Assembly: GCA_051294375.1 (NCBI GenBank)
Contig: CM119270.1
Coordinates: forward strand, 12,638,700-12,702,699
Reading direction: 5' to 3'
DNA from: Paraspadella gotoi
Taxonomy: Eukaryota; Animalia; Chaetognatha
Length of the DNA stretch: 64,000 nucleotides
Shown here: in pieces, positions 51,635-64,000 of the stretch
Numbering within the stretch: position 1 is the first letter of the stretch
How the letters are laid out: each line of letters starts with the position of its first letter
Program-made: the position numbers and the translations under genes
Notes under the pieces: generated by a model
The model's input: the letters and a program-made list of their open reading frames with translations, nothing else
Told to the model about the DNA's origin: nothing
The model's database searches: none

Positions 51635-53833
51635 NNNNNNNNNNCGATGGATCGTCTTGAGTTTATGATATTTTTTTTGCACTCGGGCAATCTATTTTCG
51701 GCCTCGGGAAAAAACCTCATCACCACTTTTTGTCATTAAGTCGATCACCACTTTGGCCATCACCCAAATCACCACTCGCCACCTGAATCACCATTTGACT
51801 CAACTCGCCGATTTAGTCATGACCTCAATCACTATTTAACTAATCTATATCCTATTTATCACCTTAATCACCTAAATCCCCACTCATTCATCACCACCAA
51901 TCACCTCTTCAGTCACCACCTCACTCATCGCCTCTATTCACGCCATCTATTAACCGAAAAATGAAAATAACAGCCCCATCAAGAAAGAGTCAGGGATCCA
52001 TTCACTCCATCACTACCCCATCACTACCAAGCAATTACCTCTCTCACCGTCGTGACCACCTTCACTCNNNNNNNNNNNNNNNNNNNNNNNNNNNNNNNNN
52101 NNNNNNNNNNNNNNNNNNNNNNNNNNNNNNNNNNNNNNNNNNNNNNNNNNNNNNNNNNNNNNNNNNNNNNNNNNNNNNNNNNNNNNNNNNNNNNNNNNNN
52201 NNNNNNNNNNNNNNNNNNNNNNNNNNNNNNNNNNNNNNNNNNNNNNNNNNNNNNNNNNNNNNNNNNNNNNNNNNNNNNNNNNNNNNNNNNNNNNNNNNNN
52301 NNNNNNNNNNNNNNNNNNNNNNNNNNNNNNNNNNNNNNNNNNNNNNNNNNNNNNNNNNNNNNNNNNNNNNCTCTATCTCTCTCCCTCTCTCATTTTCTCT
52401 TTCCCTCTCTCTCTCTCTCACATTGAAAACAACTTTTAACTTTTCGTTTTTGTTTTGTTTTCATTTAGTTTTCTAATTCTTTCTTTATCACATTTGACCC
52501 GAGATTTTTGTTTTCCCTCTTGATTTGTTAAAAATAATCATCCCCAACCACTTTTTCTTCGTTCAGACGATCACACAGACGCGAGCACACACAGTCAAAA
52601 CCACCACACACACGNNNNNNNNNNNNNNNNNNNNNNNNNTTCTTTTTATATTTATCATTATTCAAAGCAGGCTTTTATTTTCATCCAATCAACCAGAATC
52701 ATTTTGAAAAGAAAAGTTTTAAATTAACAATACAGTCCGATACCTTAAATTTTGATTCATTCCTCAGTTTTTCTTTCTTATAAATTTGTGAAAAAAGCTG
52801 AAAATCTTTTTAAAATCTAGATCTTACCTTTTTGGCAAAAAAAAAAATTTTAAACTTGAAAAAGTTTTGTTCTTACCAATTTTTTAAAGCAAAATAAGCT
52901 CGCATGATTTTTATCGACATTTTTTAACTACTTTACAACCATAGAGGTGGATTATAAAGAAGGGAGAAAATTCATATGGACTTCAGAACCAGCTTAAGTC
53001 TAAAGGCCGCCCTCAAGACGTTATGTTTCAGCTCTTTACCCCCCCGCTTTCCACTTGTCCCCTTAAGGGTCCGCCCGAGGATTTTGAACAACACAATCAC
53101 TCTTGGTTCTAGAGGTCAGCCAACACGCCCGCTAAAGCTTTTTCCAAGAAACTTAGGAACTTTAACCTATAAACCTTTCAGAATATGTCCAAACGCTTCA
53201 ATCAAAATTTCTTTTTTTAAAAAACTGCTTTTTTAATTGTATTTTGGCATATAATAATTGAAGCCAACCAAACTGACTGAAAGCCAAAAATGTAAATTAT
53301 TTTAAATAGGACCAAGTTCTGATTTTCACCACTTCGTGTACATTAAAATTCCCAATTGATTGTAATCAGATTTACACAGCGTAGGCCCGAGTTTGGCTTT
53401 TGCCTTATCTATGAGTAATAGGCACTAATTAGTTCCTAGCGCCTAATGAAGCGCTAAATCTGTTCTCCTCCAAAAAAATGGTGAGACTGACTTGTTCGAC
53501 GGGTTGTTTGCGTTGAAGCAATGAGCAGGCAGAGAGATCGATGAAGAGAGAAGAGCAGAGAGAAGGGCACAACGACGAGAGAGGACGACGGAAGAGGATG
53601 AGAGAGAGAGAGAGAACGAGAGGAGAGAAATCCGGGCCCGATCCGCTCGGACTTCGCACCGCGACAGAAGCCCGACGATACACATAACAGAGATGTAGAA
53701 AATCTCCCCGTGAATCCTGCGAGTCGGAAGAAGCCGGGGCAAGGAGAAAGGAGTCGCGTCCGGCAAGCCGCCGCCTTGGCGCGCTGCTCCGCTGTGGACG
53801 GCTTGTGCGTCCGCGGAGAGCTGAGTAGTATGA

Positions 53834-53874
<41 letters not shown>

Positions 53875-54889
53875 TCTCCAGGGGCGTATCCACTCTAGTT
53901 GATGGGACCCCCGCGGCGCCAACTTCTTTCTTCGGTATCCCCTCCTATTTATTTATTTACTTTAGAAGGTCGCGAGGAAGAAATAAGAGGAACAGATGGA
54001 GAGAACAAGAAAAAAAAACTAGAGAAAAAGTAACAGAATGAGAAGAGCAGGACGCCAGAGATAAGAGCGCATAGAAAGAGAGAGCAGAGACGATGAGAGA
54101 GAATGAGATCGAGACTTGACTGAGACAGCGAGGAAGAACGAGAATGGAGAGAGAGAGAGCAGAGAACGGAAGAGAGAGCAGGCATTCCCCGTTCGTTTGT
54201 TTTGGCCGATGAAAAATACCTCACGACGCGGACGCCCAACCCATGGCGATTTGAATGAAGAGCAGAGAGAGAGAGAGAGAGACGAGAGAGAGACGAGGAT
54301 GAGAGGGAATGAGAGGGGAGAGATGTATGAGAGATGAGAGAGAGATGGAGAGAGAGAGAGAGAGAGAGATACATGATTTAGGCGACCCGCAACGATTTTG
54401 CGCGCTGCCGTCTAATTGCAAGTAGAGAGATGTTACTTGTTTGAAATATTTTTTCTTCATGACGACCTGACGATACTTGAGAGAAAAAAAAGTCTCAACG
54501 TTCGATCTCGTGAAAAAAATCAAAAAGCGAGAGGCTCTGATAAAATTTTAAAATGACATCATCGGTGAATATTTAGAAACAGGCGATAATCTTATTTCGA
54601 GAGATTCGTCTAAGAATGAGATGAAATTCCGTCGCTAATCCGTTTCTATTCCGTCTCTAATCCGTTATTGCTCGGCGGCGGTTATGATTCCTGTGATGAT
54701 AGAATCTCAAAGCTCAAACAAAAAGAGTTAAAATTTGTTAATTTTTTTGGGTCGATCCACAATTATTTTTTAAATTTCCTTGTTTTTTTTATCCCTATAG
54801 ATTCGCCATTCTCCACAATATTTTCTATTTTGTCTCACGTCCAAAATTCCGTTTGCTAACTTTTTTTTTTCCCGCCCTTTTTCTCTCAG

Positions 54890-56137
54890 GCCACCTCGCC
54901 GAGCTCCTCCCACGCAGACTCCCACCATCCCTTCTCCTCCTCCTCCTCCTCCTCCTCACATACGCTCACCAATCAGCATCGACCAGAGTCTCCTCAATCA
55001 AAAGACCACCTCACCTCATCCTCCTCTTCCTCCTCCTCCTCCGCCGCCGCCTCTAAATGGTCACGTGACTCTGAGGAGACGTCGCCCTGGTCGGCGGCGA
55101 AGGCGTTGCTCCATCTCACGGACGACGAAGATCTCGTCAACGACGATCCGGGCAGCGGCGTCGGCGGGATCGACTACGACGGCAGCGGCGGCGGAGACGT
55201 CGGCCGCGGCGGCGATGCCACGCCCATTCCGCCGAGCGACAAGTATCCGGGTAAGGAGAGACGGAAGAGTGAAAAAAGGGATGAGGTTCGTTTAGTCCAG
55301 CTATGAGATTAATGGTTGATGGTTTTCAAGATGGCGGATGTATGATTGATGGATTGACGGAGTCTCGCATATTTTGTTCTTAATATATAAGAATATTAAA
55401 ATCGGCAACAATTGCCTATTTTCCCCCCAAAACTCCAAATACAATATTTATAATTTCTCCACATAAATACTAGGTCCCGGGTTAAAAGTGATCTTTTCTC
55501 TTTCGTACTTCTAACTTTTTTTTTCTCCTTCAAGAGTTCAAAGACTTTACCATATATCGAAAGTTCAATCATGTCAGCGCGAAACGTTTCGACGAAAAAG
55601 GTAGATGGCATTCTTTCGAGAAGTTGCGTCTTTCGTTTGAAATCGCCAAAAATGCTGTCGCTCCCATTGAAGTCACCAGAGAGTGTGAGCCGCTTCGAAA
55701 TCAAATTACGACTGATTTGTTTCACGTTACGCAAAACGTGACTCGCTTTTCATCGCCGATTATGTGATTTCATAAACTCTTAACATTAAAAGCGTCTTAC
55801 GAAACCTAAGAGTAATTTGAACAGATCTCTTTTGACGCATTAGTTAACACTTCATTCTCCTTGCCAACATTTTTTTTTTGTAACGAGCTAATAATATTGA
55901 TTTTTTTATTTTCCGAGCAAATAACTGAATACGGAAGAAAAATTACCGAGCTTAAAATTACGCTTTCCCTCGAAATTTTCTCTTGACTTTGTGGTTCAAA
56001 TTCCATTAAATATTCTTTGTTTTTTTCTTTTTTCTTTTTTTTTTTTAATTTAATCTAATTTGGCGCAAACAGAAAAAAAAAATTAGAAAGAAATAAAAAA
56101 ACAAACAACATTATTATGACTCCGTTTCCCCCTTGTT

Positions 56138-56169
<32 letters not shown>

Positions 56170-59100
56170 TTTTCTTTTCTTTCTTCTTTCTTCTCTTTCT
56201 TTCATGCTTTATTTTTAAATTTAAAGAAAAAATTGCCTTTTATTTACACCAACTTTTTTGTTCCCCACCCACCCAGCCCCTAATTCTCCCCCATTCCGCC
56301 CCCTTTTTTTCCCCCCCCTCCCCCCTTCAGCCTATTCCGCGTCAGGGAGTCCCATTCCTCTGAAAGATCCCACTACGACTACCGCCCGCCGACCGCGAAC
56401 ATCCGCCGGAATTCGTGGCGCTGTCCGGCGTCATCAAGGACGCCGTGGCGGCGCTGTACGACGAGACGGACGGACGACAAGTCATCAACGTCTTGCACTT
56501 CAAGTCAGAATTTTTCCGGATTTATTTTTTTTTTTTTTTTTTTTTTGGTGGGCGAAGGTGTAATTTTCAATGCTAATTTTGTTAAAATTTGTTTTAAATT
56601 TTTAATTGTTTCAATTTTAATTGTTATAATTAAAATTAAATAAGTCGAGTGAAAGATTTTTAAAAATTTCGTTGCAATGCTGAGGAGAGATTGGGAAAAG
56701 TAACTGAAAACACTGAAAATAACGCTAATAGTGAACCGGTAATCAATTAATAAGTCAACTAGGGAGGATTTGAAAAAAAAATATATTATATTTTTTTTAA
56801 AGTACAAATCTCTCGAAGTAACGAATTGAAACAACTTTTTTTCTTTTTTGTTGACCAAGTTTCAAATTTTATTTATTTCAACGGAAAATTTCGGTGACGT
56901 TTTCACGAGACGTCGCGATCCTCGACATATTTTTGTTCGTAGTTTCACGCACGAAGAGCGAGAGAGAGAGAGAGACACACATCAGTTTCAATTAGTTTCC
57001 ATCGTGACTCCGTCTCTAAAAAACCTAAAATTGTAAAAAAGCCATTTTTAATTAATTTATGTCGCGTAAGAGTCTGCCCTCCGTTTTTAAAATATTATCT
57101 CCAAAAATCCAATTTTTTTAAAAAAAATTCTCCTCCTACACTTTCACCTCGTGAATTTCCTCCTCCTACTCCTCTTCTTCGCTTCACCTCATCATCATTT
57201 TACAACAGCTGCTCCTCCTCCTCATCCTCCCCCTCCTAATCCTACCTCCCCCCCCCCGGGTCACCACCCAAATTCTTCCATGTTTTTACAAAGGAAATAT
57301 TTTTCTTTTTTTCTTTTTTTCTTCTTTTTTTTTAACAAATTGAAGTGTCACATTTGAGCTATATGTGTGGCAAGAGGGAGAAAAATATTGATCGGTTGAT
57401 TGATTGATTGTTTAAGTGATTGACTGATGAATTGAATGATTGATTGAGTGATTATTTGATTGAAATAGTGGTTTAATTAGTTATTACTGATCTCTTAATT
57501 GTTTATTTGTTATTCTTCGATGGATCCTAATTTAAAGCCAATTATAAAAAGAACAAGAGACAAAAACAATGAAAAGAAAGTGAAGGGGAAAAAACGATGA
57601 AAAAGTTTTAAATTACTCCTTATTGGGTGGTGGCCACCGCCTTGAGATGGAAAGAAAAGAGAGAGCGAGAGNNNNNNNNNNNNNNNNNNNNNNNNNCCTT
57701 CTCTCCTCCTCATCTCCTCTCCTCCTCCTCCTCTCTGTCTCTCTCCAGTCAGGCGTAACGCACTCTAGGTTGATGGACCCGGCATGGCAACTTCTTCTTC
57801 GGTTATCCCCCCCTATTTATTTATTTTTGGGAGGAGAGAAATACTGAGATCGTAGGAGGAACGGAGAAGTACAAGAAAAAAAAAAAGAGAAAAAAGAAAA
57901 GAGAAAGAGAGAGTTAGTGAGAGATGATAGAGGATTAGAGAAGCGAAGAGACGCTGAGAGGGAAGAGAGAGAGAGACGGACGAGAAGAGAGAGAGAGAGA
58001 GAGAGATAGAGAGAGGAGAGAGAGATGAGAGAGAAGAGAGAGGAGAGGAGAGAGCATCCCCCGTCAGTTTGTTTGCGATATTTTGAACAATCCTACGACG
58101 CGCCCCACCCGGATGGGGAATGAATTGGAAGAGAGAGAAGAAGACAGAGGAGAGAGGAGAGAGAGAGAGGAGAGTGAGACGAGATGAGAGAGAAGAGACT
58201 GAGGAGAGGAGGAGAGAGAGAGAGAGAGAGAGATAATAGATTTAGGCCCCCAGCAACGATGCAGGAATGGTTATGCGATTAGAGATGTTATGTTGAAAAT
58301 ATTTTTTTTTTACATGACGACCTGAGATACGGAGACGAAAAAAGTCTCAACTTCGATCTCGTTTTTGCAAAAAATCAAAAAGCGAGGAGGAACTACTTGC
58401 ATAAATATTTTAACAATGACATCACGGTGAAATAGTTTAAGAACAGCGATTAATCTTATTCAAGAGATCGTCTAAAGAATGAGATGAAATTCCGTCGCTA
58501 ATCCGTTTTTCACTCGCTGTCTCGTATATCCGTTATTGCTCGGCGTGCGGTATATTCCTGTGTTGACTAGAATCATCAAAGCTCAAAACCAAAAAGATGT
58601 TAAAAATTTGTTAATTTTATTTGGGATCGATCCACAATTATTTTTTTAAATTTCTTGTTTTTTTATCCATAGACGCCATCTCCACAATTATTTTTCTATT
58701 TGCTCTACGTTCCAAATTTTCCGTTTTGCTAACTTTTTTTTTTCACCGCCCTTTTTCTCTCAGGCACACCTCGCCGAGCTCCTCACCACGCAGACTCCCA
58801 CCATCCCTTCTCCTCCTTCCTCCCTTCCATCCTCCTCCTCACATACGCTCACCAATCAGGCGATCGACCAGAGTCCCTCAATCTAAAAGTACCAGCCTCA
58901 CCTCATCGTCCTCTTCCTTCCTTCCTCCTCCGCCGGCCGCCTCTTAAATATGGTCACGTGACTCTGAGGGAGACGTCGCCTGAGATCGTGCGGCGAAGGC
59001 GTATGACTACCATGCTTCGACGGACGACGAAGGATCTTCGTCTAATCGGATCGATCCGGGAGCGGGCGTCGCGCAGCGATCGACTAACGACGGCAGCGGC

Positions 59101-62100
59101 CGGCGGAGACGTCGGCCGCGGCGCGATGCCACGCCATTCCGCTCGAGGCGGACAAGTATCCGCGGTACAGGGAGAGACGGAGAGTGAACAAAAGGAGATG
59201 AGATTCGTAGTCCAAGCTTATGAGATTAATGGTTGATAGGCTTTTCCAAGATGGCGGATGTATGATTGATGGATTGACGGAGTCTTCGGCATATTTTGTC
59301 TTAAATTATATAAGAATATTAAAATCGGCAACAGATTTGCCTATTTTTCCACCCCAAAACTCCAAATACTAAATATTATAATTTCTCCACATAAATTACT
59401 ATGGTCCCGGGTTAAAAGTGATCTTTTCTCTTCGTACTTCTAACTTTTTTTTTCTCCCTTTCAAGAGTTCAAAGAACTTTACCATATATCGAAAGTTCAA
59501 ATTCAGGTCAGCGCGAAACGTTTCGACGAAAAAGGTAGATGGCATTCTTTCGAGCAAGTTTTGCGTTCTTCGATTTGAAATCTGCCATCAAAAATGCTGT
59601 CGCTCCATTGAAAGATCACCAGAGATGTTGTAATGAGCCGCTTTCAAATCAGAATTGACTGAACTGATTTGTATTACACGTATTACGCAAAACTGACTCG
59701 CTTTTACATCGCTGAATTATGTTGTATGAATTTTCATAAACTCTTAAACAGTTTAAAAGCGCTGTACGTAAACCTAAGAGTAATTGTGGAACAGATCTCT
59801 TTTTGACGCATTAGTTAACACTTCATTCTCCTTGCAACATTTTTTTTTGTAACGAAGCTAAATAATATTGTTTTTTTTAGTTTTTCCGAGCCAAATAACT
59901 TGAAATAACAGGAGAAATTACCGAAGCTTAATTTACGCTTTCCTCGTAAATTTTTCTTCTTGACTTTGTGGTTCAAATTCCATTAAATATTCTTTGTTTT
60001 TATCTTTTTCTTTTTTTTTTTTTTTTAATTTAATCTAATTTTGGCCGCAAAACAGAAAAAAAAATTAGAAAGAAATAAAAAAACAAACAACATTATTATT
60101 GGACTCCGATATTCCCCTGTTTCTTTCTTTCGTTTCTTTACTTTCTTTCTTCTTTCTTTCTTTCTTTCTTTCTTTCTTACTTTTCTTTTCTTTCTTCTTT
60201 CTTCTCTTTCTTTCATGCTTTATTTTTAAATTTAAAGAAAAAATTGCCTTTTATTTACACCAACTTTTTTGTTCCCCACCCACCCAGCCCCTAATTCTCC
60301 CCCATTCCGCCCCCTTTTTTTCCCCCCCCTCCCCCCTTCAGCCTATTCCGCGTCAGGGAGTCCCATTCCTCTGAAAGATCCCACTACGACTACCGCCCGC
60401 CGACCGCGAACATCCGCCGGAATCGTTGGCGCTGTCCGGCGTCATCAAGCGCACGCCGTGGCGGCGCTGTACGACGAGACGGACGGACGACAAGTCATCA
60501 ACGTCTGTGCCACTTCAACGTCAGAATTTTCCGGATTTATTTTTTTTTTTTTTTTTTTTTTGGTGGGCGAAGGTGTAATTTTTTCAATGCTAATTTTTGT
60601 TTAAAACTTTGTTTTAATTTTTAATGTGTTTCAATTTTTAATTGTATTTATAATTAAAATTAAATTAAGTATCGGCAGTTGAAAGATTTTTTAAGACAAT
60701 TTCGTTGTCAATAAATGCTGAGGAAACAGAGAATGGCGAAAGTAACTGAAAACACTTGAAAATAGACGGCTAATATGCGAACCGTAATCAATTAATAAGT
60801 CAACTAGGTGAGGATTTGAAAAAAAATATATATATGTTTAATTTTAAAGTTTACAAATCCTTCAAATAGTAACGAATTGGAAACCAACTCTTTTTTCTTT
60901 TTTGTTGACCAGTTTCAAATTTTATTTTATTTCACGGAAAATTTCGGTGACATTTTCACGAGACGTCGAGATCATCACAATTATTTTGTTTTCGTTAGGT
61001 TTCGGACGCACGAATGGAGCGAGAGAGAGAGAGAAGAGAACACATCAGTTTCAATTTAGTTTCCATCTTTGACTCCTCTCTAAAAAACCTTAAAATTGTA
61101 AAAAAGCCATTTTAATAATTTATGTCGCGTTAAGAGGTCTGCCCTCCGTTTTTTAAAATATTTATCTCCAAAAATCCAATTTTTTTTTTTTAAAAAAAAT
61201 TCTCCTCTGTTACACTTTCAACCTCTATCGTGAATTTCCTCCTCCTACTCCTCTTCTTTCGCTTCACCTCATCATCATTTTACAAACAGCTGCTCCTCCT
61301 CCTCATTCCTCCCCTCCTAATCCTACCTCCCCCCCCGGGTCACTGGCACCCAATTTCTTCCATGTTTTTTACAAAGGAAATATTTTCTTTATTTCTTTTT
61401 CTTTATTTTTTTAACAAATTTTGAAGTTGTCACATTTGAGCTATATGTAGTGGCATAGAGGGGAAAGAAAATATTGATCGGTGATTGATGATTGTTTAAG
61501 TGACTTGACTTGATGAATTGAATGATAATGATTGAGTGATTATTTGATTTGAAATAGTGGTTTATATAGTATTACGATTCTCTAATTGTTATTGTTTTAT
61601 TCTCGATGAATCCTAATTTAAAGCCAATTATAAAAAGAACAAGAGACAAAAACAATTGAAAAGAAAGTGAAGGGGAAAAACGAAATTGAAAAAAGTTTAA
61701 ATTACTCCTGTATTGGTGTGTGGCCACCGCCTGAGATTGGAAAGAAAAGAGAGAGCAGAGAGAGAGAGGAGAGAGAATGAGACGCGAGAATTCGAGAGAG
61801 GAGAGAAGAGAGAGAAGGAAGAGAGGAGAGAGAGAGAAGAGAAAGAGACGAGAGAGAGAGAAGAGAGGAGCAGAAGGCCCAAGGCGAATTAAATCGAGTT
61901 CTGAAATCTTCATTAAAACTCAACTTTGTAACATGATAACATTTTGACCTATAATTTAAACATTTTAAATAATTAACGATCAAATCAAATCAAATCAGCC
62001 AATCTCTCCTTCTCCCCCCCCCCAAAAAAAAAACCACAGACGCGGCAAACGGTCCGCCTCTCTCCTCGTCTCGATGGATCTCGGCTCGATCGGCTTTTAC

Positions 62101-63837
62101 AATCAGCCGATCCTGTTGAACACTTTGAACGAGGCCATCACCGCTGGACGAATCGGGCCTTACAGAGTCTCTGCCGACGGCTTTCAGTTTCGCGCCCTCA
62201 ACAGTGAGTTCTTTACTGTACTATGTATCGTTTGATATCGTTTTGGTATCGTTTGATCACGCCCATCGAACATACAGTTGATGCCCTTTTGTTTGAGAAG
62301 GGCGACATGATATTTTCCGATACTAGATGAATTAAAAAATTTGGCTCACTGTATTTTCGACTTTGTCAAACTTGATGGAAATTTAGTTTCGGGATTTTTT
62401 TTTACATAAAATTCTTGAAATGACGAAACTATAATTTCCTGCTTAAGAACAGAAGTCTACTACCCTTACCCACTTTCAATACACCTACTGTAAAATATTT
62501 AATACTCAATTTTATCAAATTAGCTCTCTTCTAATACCTCTTTTTTGTAATTTTTTTTCTTTTTCTATACAAAACAAAAACAGAAGATGAAATACGTAAG
62601 AATATGAAATGTGAAACAGTTAAAGAAATAGCGAATGAACTAATTAAGCTTATGTTTGAAAAAATTAGTGAAAGAAGATTTACAGCTTACAGCTTATAGC
62701 GTCAGATTTGTAACAGAAACTGCTACAGTTAACTTTTATGATTTATTGCATTAACCGCTGTATGATTCACAATTAGTGCTTTATACAACTTTATTTCTTA
62801 TGAGTTTAAAAATTTTTATTTTCCTAGTCCAAGATTGATAACTTTCGTGGGTCAATTCTATTTGCTCCTTTAAAAAAATAATTAAACATTTTTTTTTGGC
62901 ATCAATTTTTTTTTTTTGGCACCCCATTTTTTCCATTTTTGCACGTCGCATGCCACGCCCCCCTCCCGGCACCCACCCCCTCTATTTTGCACCGCATTTT
63001 CCCACCCCTCGCCCTTCGCAACCTATCGCCCCATGGCCTCCGCACGCACCGCGCACGTAACTCGCACGCATCGAAGGTCCGCGCGCCACGTGCGACGACG
63101 AGGACTTTACGTGTCGCGACGGAACCTGCGTGGCGAAGGAGGTCGTGTGCGACGGGCGACCCGATTGCAGGGACGCGAGCGACGAGGAGAATTGCGGTGA
63201 GTTTTGATTGGGGTGAGGTAAGTTAAGGGTTGGGTGGGTGAGGCCTTTGGGCGAAACTTCTTTGGGTGAAGATTGGACAGAATCGGTTTTTTTTCCTTTT
63301 GACAATTTTATTTTTCGTAGAATGTAGCTTAAAACTTCTTTTTTTTAGTTTTCGATAAAATTTTTCTTTTCAAATCAATGAATGCATTCGTTATGGCGTT
63401 CTCATCTTTAGAACATTTTCTAAAACCTCAATTTCATTTCCAAACAGAATTAGACAACCAGGGTTTGAAATAGTGTAGACAACTAATAAACTTATACGTA
63501 AATAACTTTAATCAATAATATTACTGATTTTAAGCTTAATCACCTTTTGGTCGAAATTACTTGATATATATATATAAAAAAGAAAAAAGCCGTAGTTTCC
63601 ACCCCAGCGAACGAACCTATCATTTTTACCCACCTGCTTAAACCCCCACTCCACAATTCCTTCTTTTTTTTTCTTTTTTCGCTTTTTTCCTCGTTTTTCG
63701 CGTCCGCGCCTACGCAGCCCCGCGCTCCTGCGATACCGCTTCCGAGCTGCGCTGCGACGACGGGACCTGCCTGAGCCTCCTGCGGCGTTGCGACGGGATT
63801 CCCGACTGCAGAGGCAACGAAGACGAACGAGGCTGCG
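54890..63837 (+). CDS. HSPG2: Perlecan / basement-membrane heparan sulfate proteoglycan core protein, 5' part. Exons: 54890-55250, 56331-56503, 62040-62203, ~63061-63196, 63718-63837; the gene continues beyond the window
   Basis: Domain [23 protein letters not shown] resembles the acidic DDED..GSG region of vertebrate perlecan. SEA: [31 protein letters not shown]|[41 protein letters not shown] (cf. perlecan ELDVGS..YVTSPQGFQFR). LDLa repeats [35 protein letters not shown] and [36 protein letters not shown]. The 56331 exon has a net +1 frameshift, probably a read error. Candidate signal-peptide exon ~53745-53820 in noisy sequence. Confidence 0.85.
57697..61760 (+). repeat. Error-rich direct duplicate of ~53850-57671, including two perlecan exons; probable assembly artefact
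   Basis: Colinear match throughout (e.g. 54890 vs ~58764; 56331 vs ~60342) with dense indels; separated from the first copy by the 25-N gap 57672-57696. Confidence 0.85.
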
Positions 63838-64000
63838 GTAGGAGTCACTTTGTTGCTATGGAGACATAGAAGATAGCGTTTCCGTGGAGACGCTCGTTGC
63901 GGAGCTAAAGAGTCCGGTGGTCTTTCGAAAGATCGGGAAATCGAAATGAATATGTGGATTGGGAAATATCGATTATTGATGGAATATTTCTAAAGTGGAA

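Noticed and set aside
57697-61760. Tandem exon duplication or alternative SEA exons in perlecan
   Set aside because: Introns are duplicated too, differences are mostly random indels, and a 25-N gap separates the copies; best explained as an artefact.

Overview
AT-rich, microsatellite-dense metazoan nuclear DNA with spliceosomal GT-AG introns. The draft assembly is noisy: seven exactly 25-N gaps sit beside several indel-riddled duplicated blocks. Genes reconstructed by hand from splice sites and reading phase: (1) a multi-exon tandem-PH-domain protein (+, 2919-14422; 5' exons lie outside the window or were not found) with one in-frame TAA in its last exon; (2) a small unassigned spliced gene (+, ~24935-25629, error-laden copy ~18124-18815); (3) a BTB(-BACK) pseudogene (-, 41186 to ~38030) interrupted by nested transposons; (4) two trypsin-family (S1A) pseudogene remnants (-, ~44250-44735 and ~47140-47340); (5) the 5' part of a perlecan/HSPG2 orthologue (+, 54890 to the window end: acidic Ser-Gly segment, SEA, two LDLa repeats). 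The most striking non-genic signal is a set of Penelope-like retroelement (PLE) insertions. They have inverted pseudo-LTRs carrying minimal hammerhead ribozymes, clean target-site duplications (TSDs) and a conserved one-sided 3' tail. They range from a 2-kb RT/GIY-YIG remnant through a 717-bp ORF-less hairpin to a 33-bp tail-only insertion. No rRNA, tRNA or CRISPR array is supported. All family calls rest on motif recognition; no database search was run.
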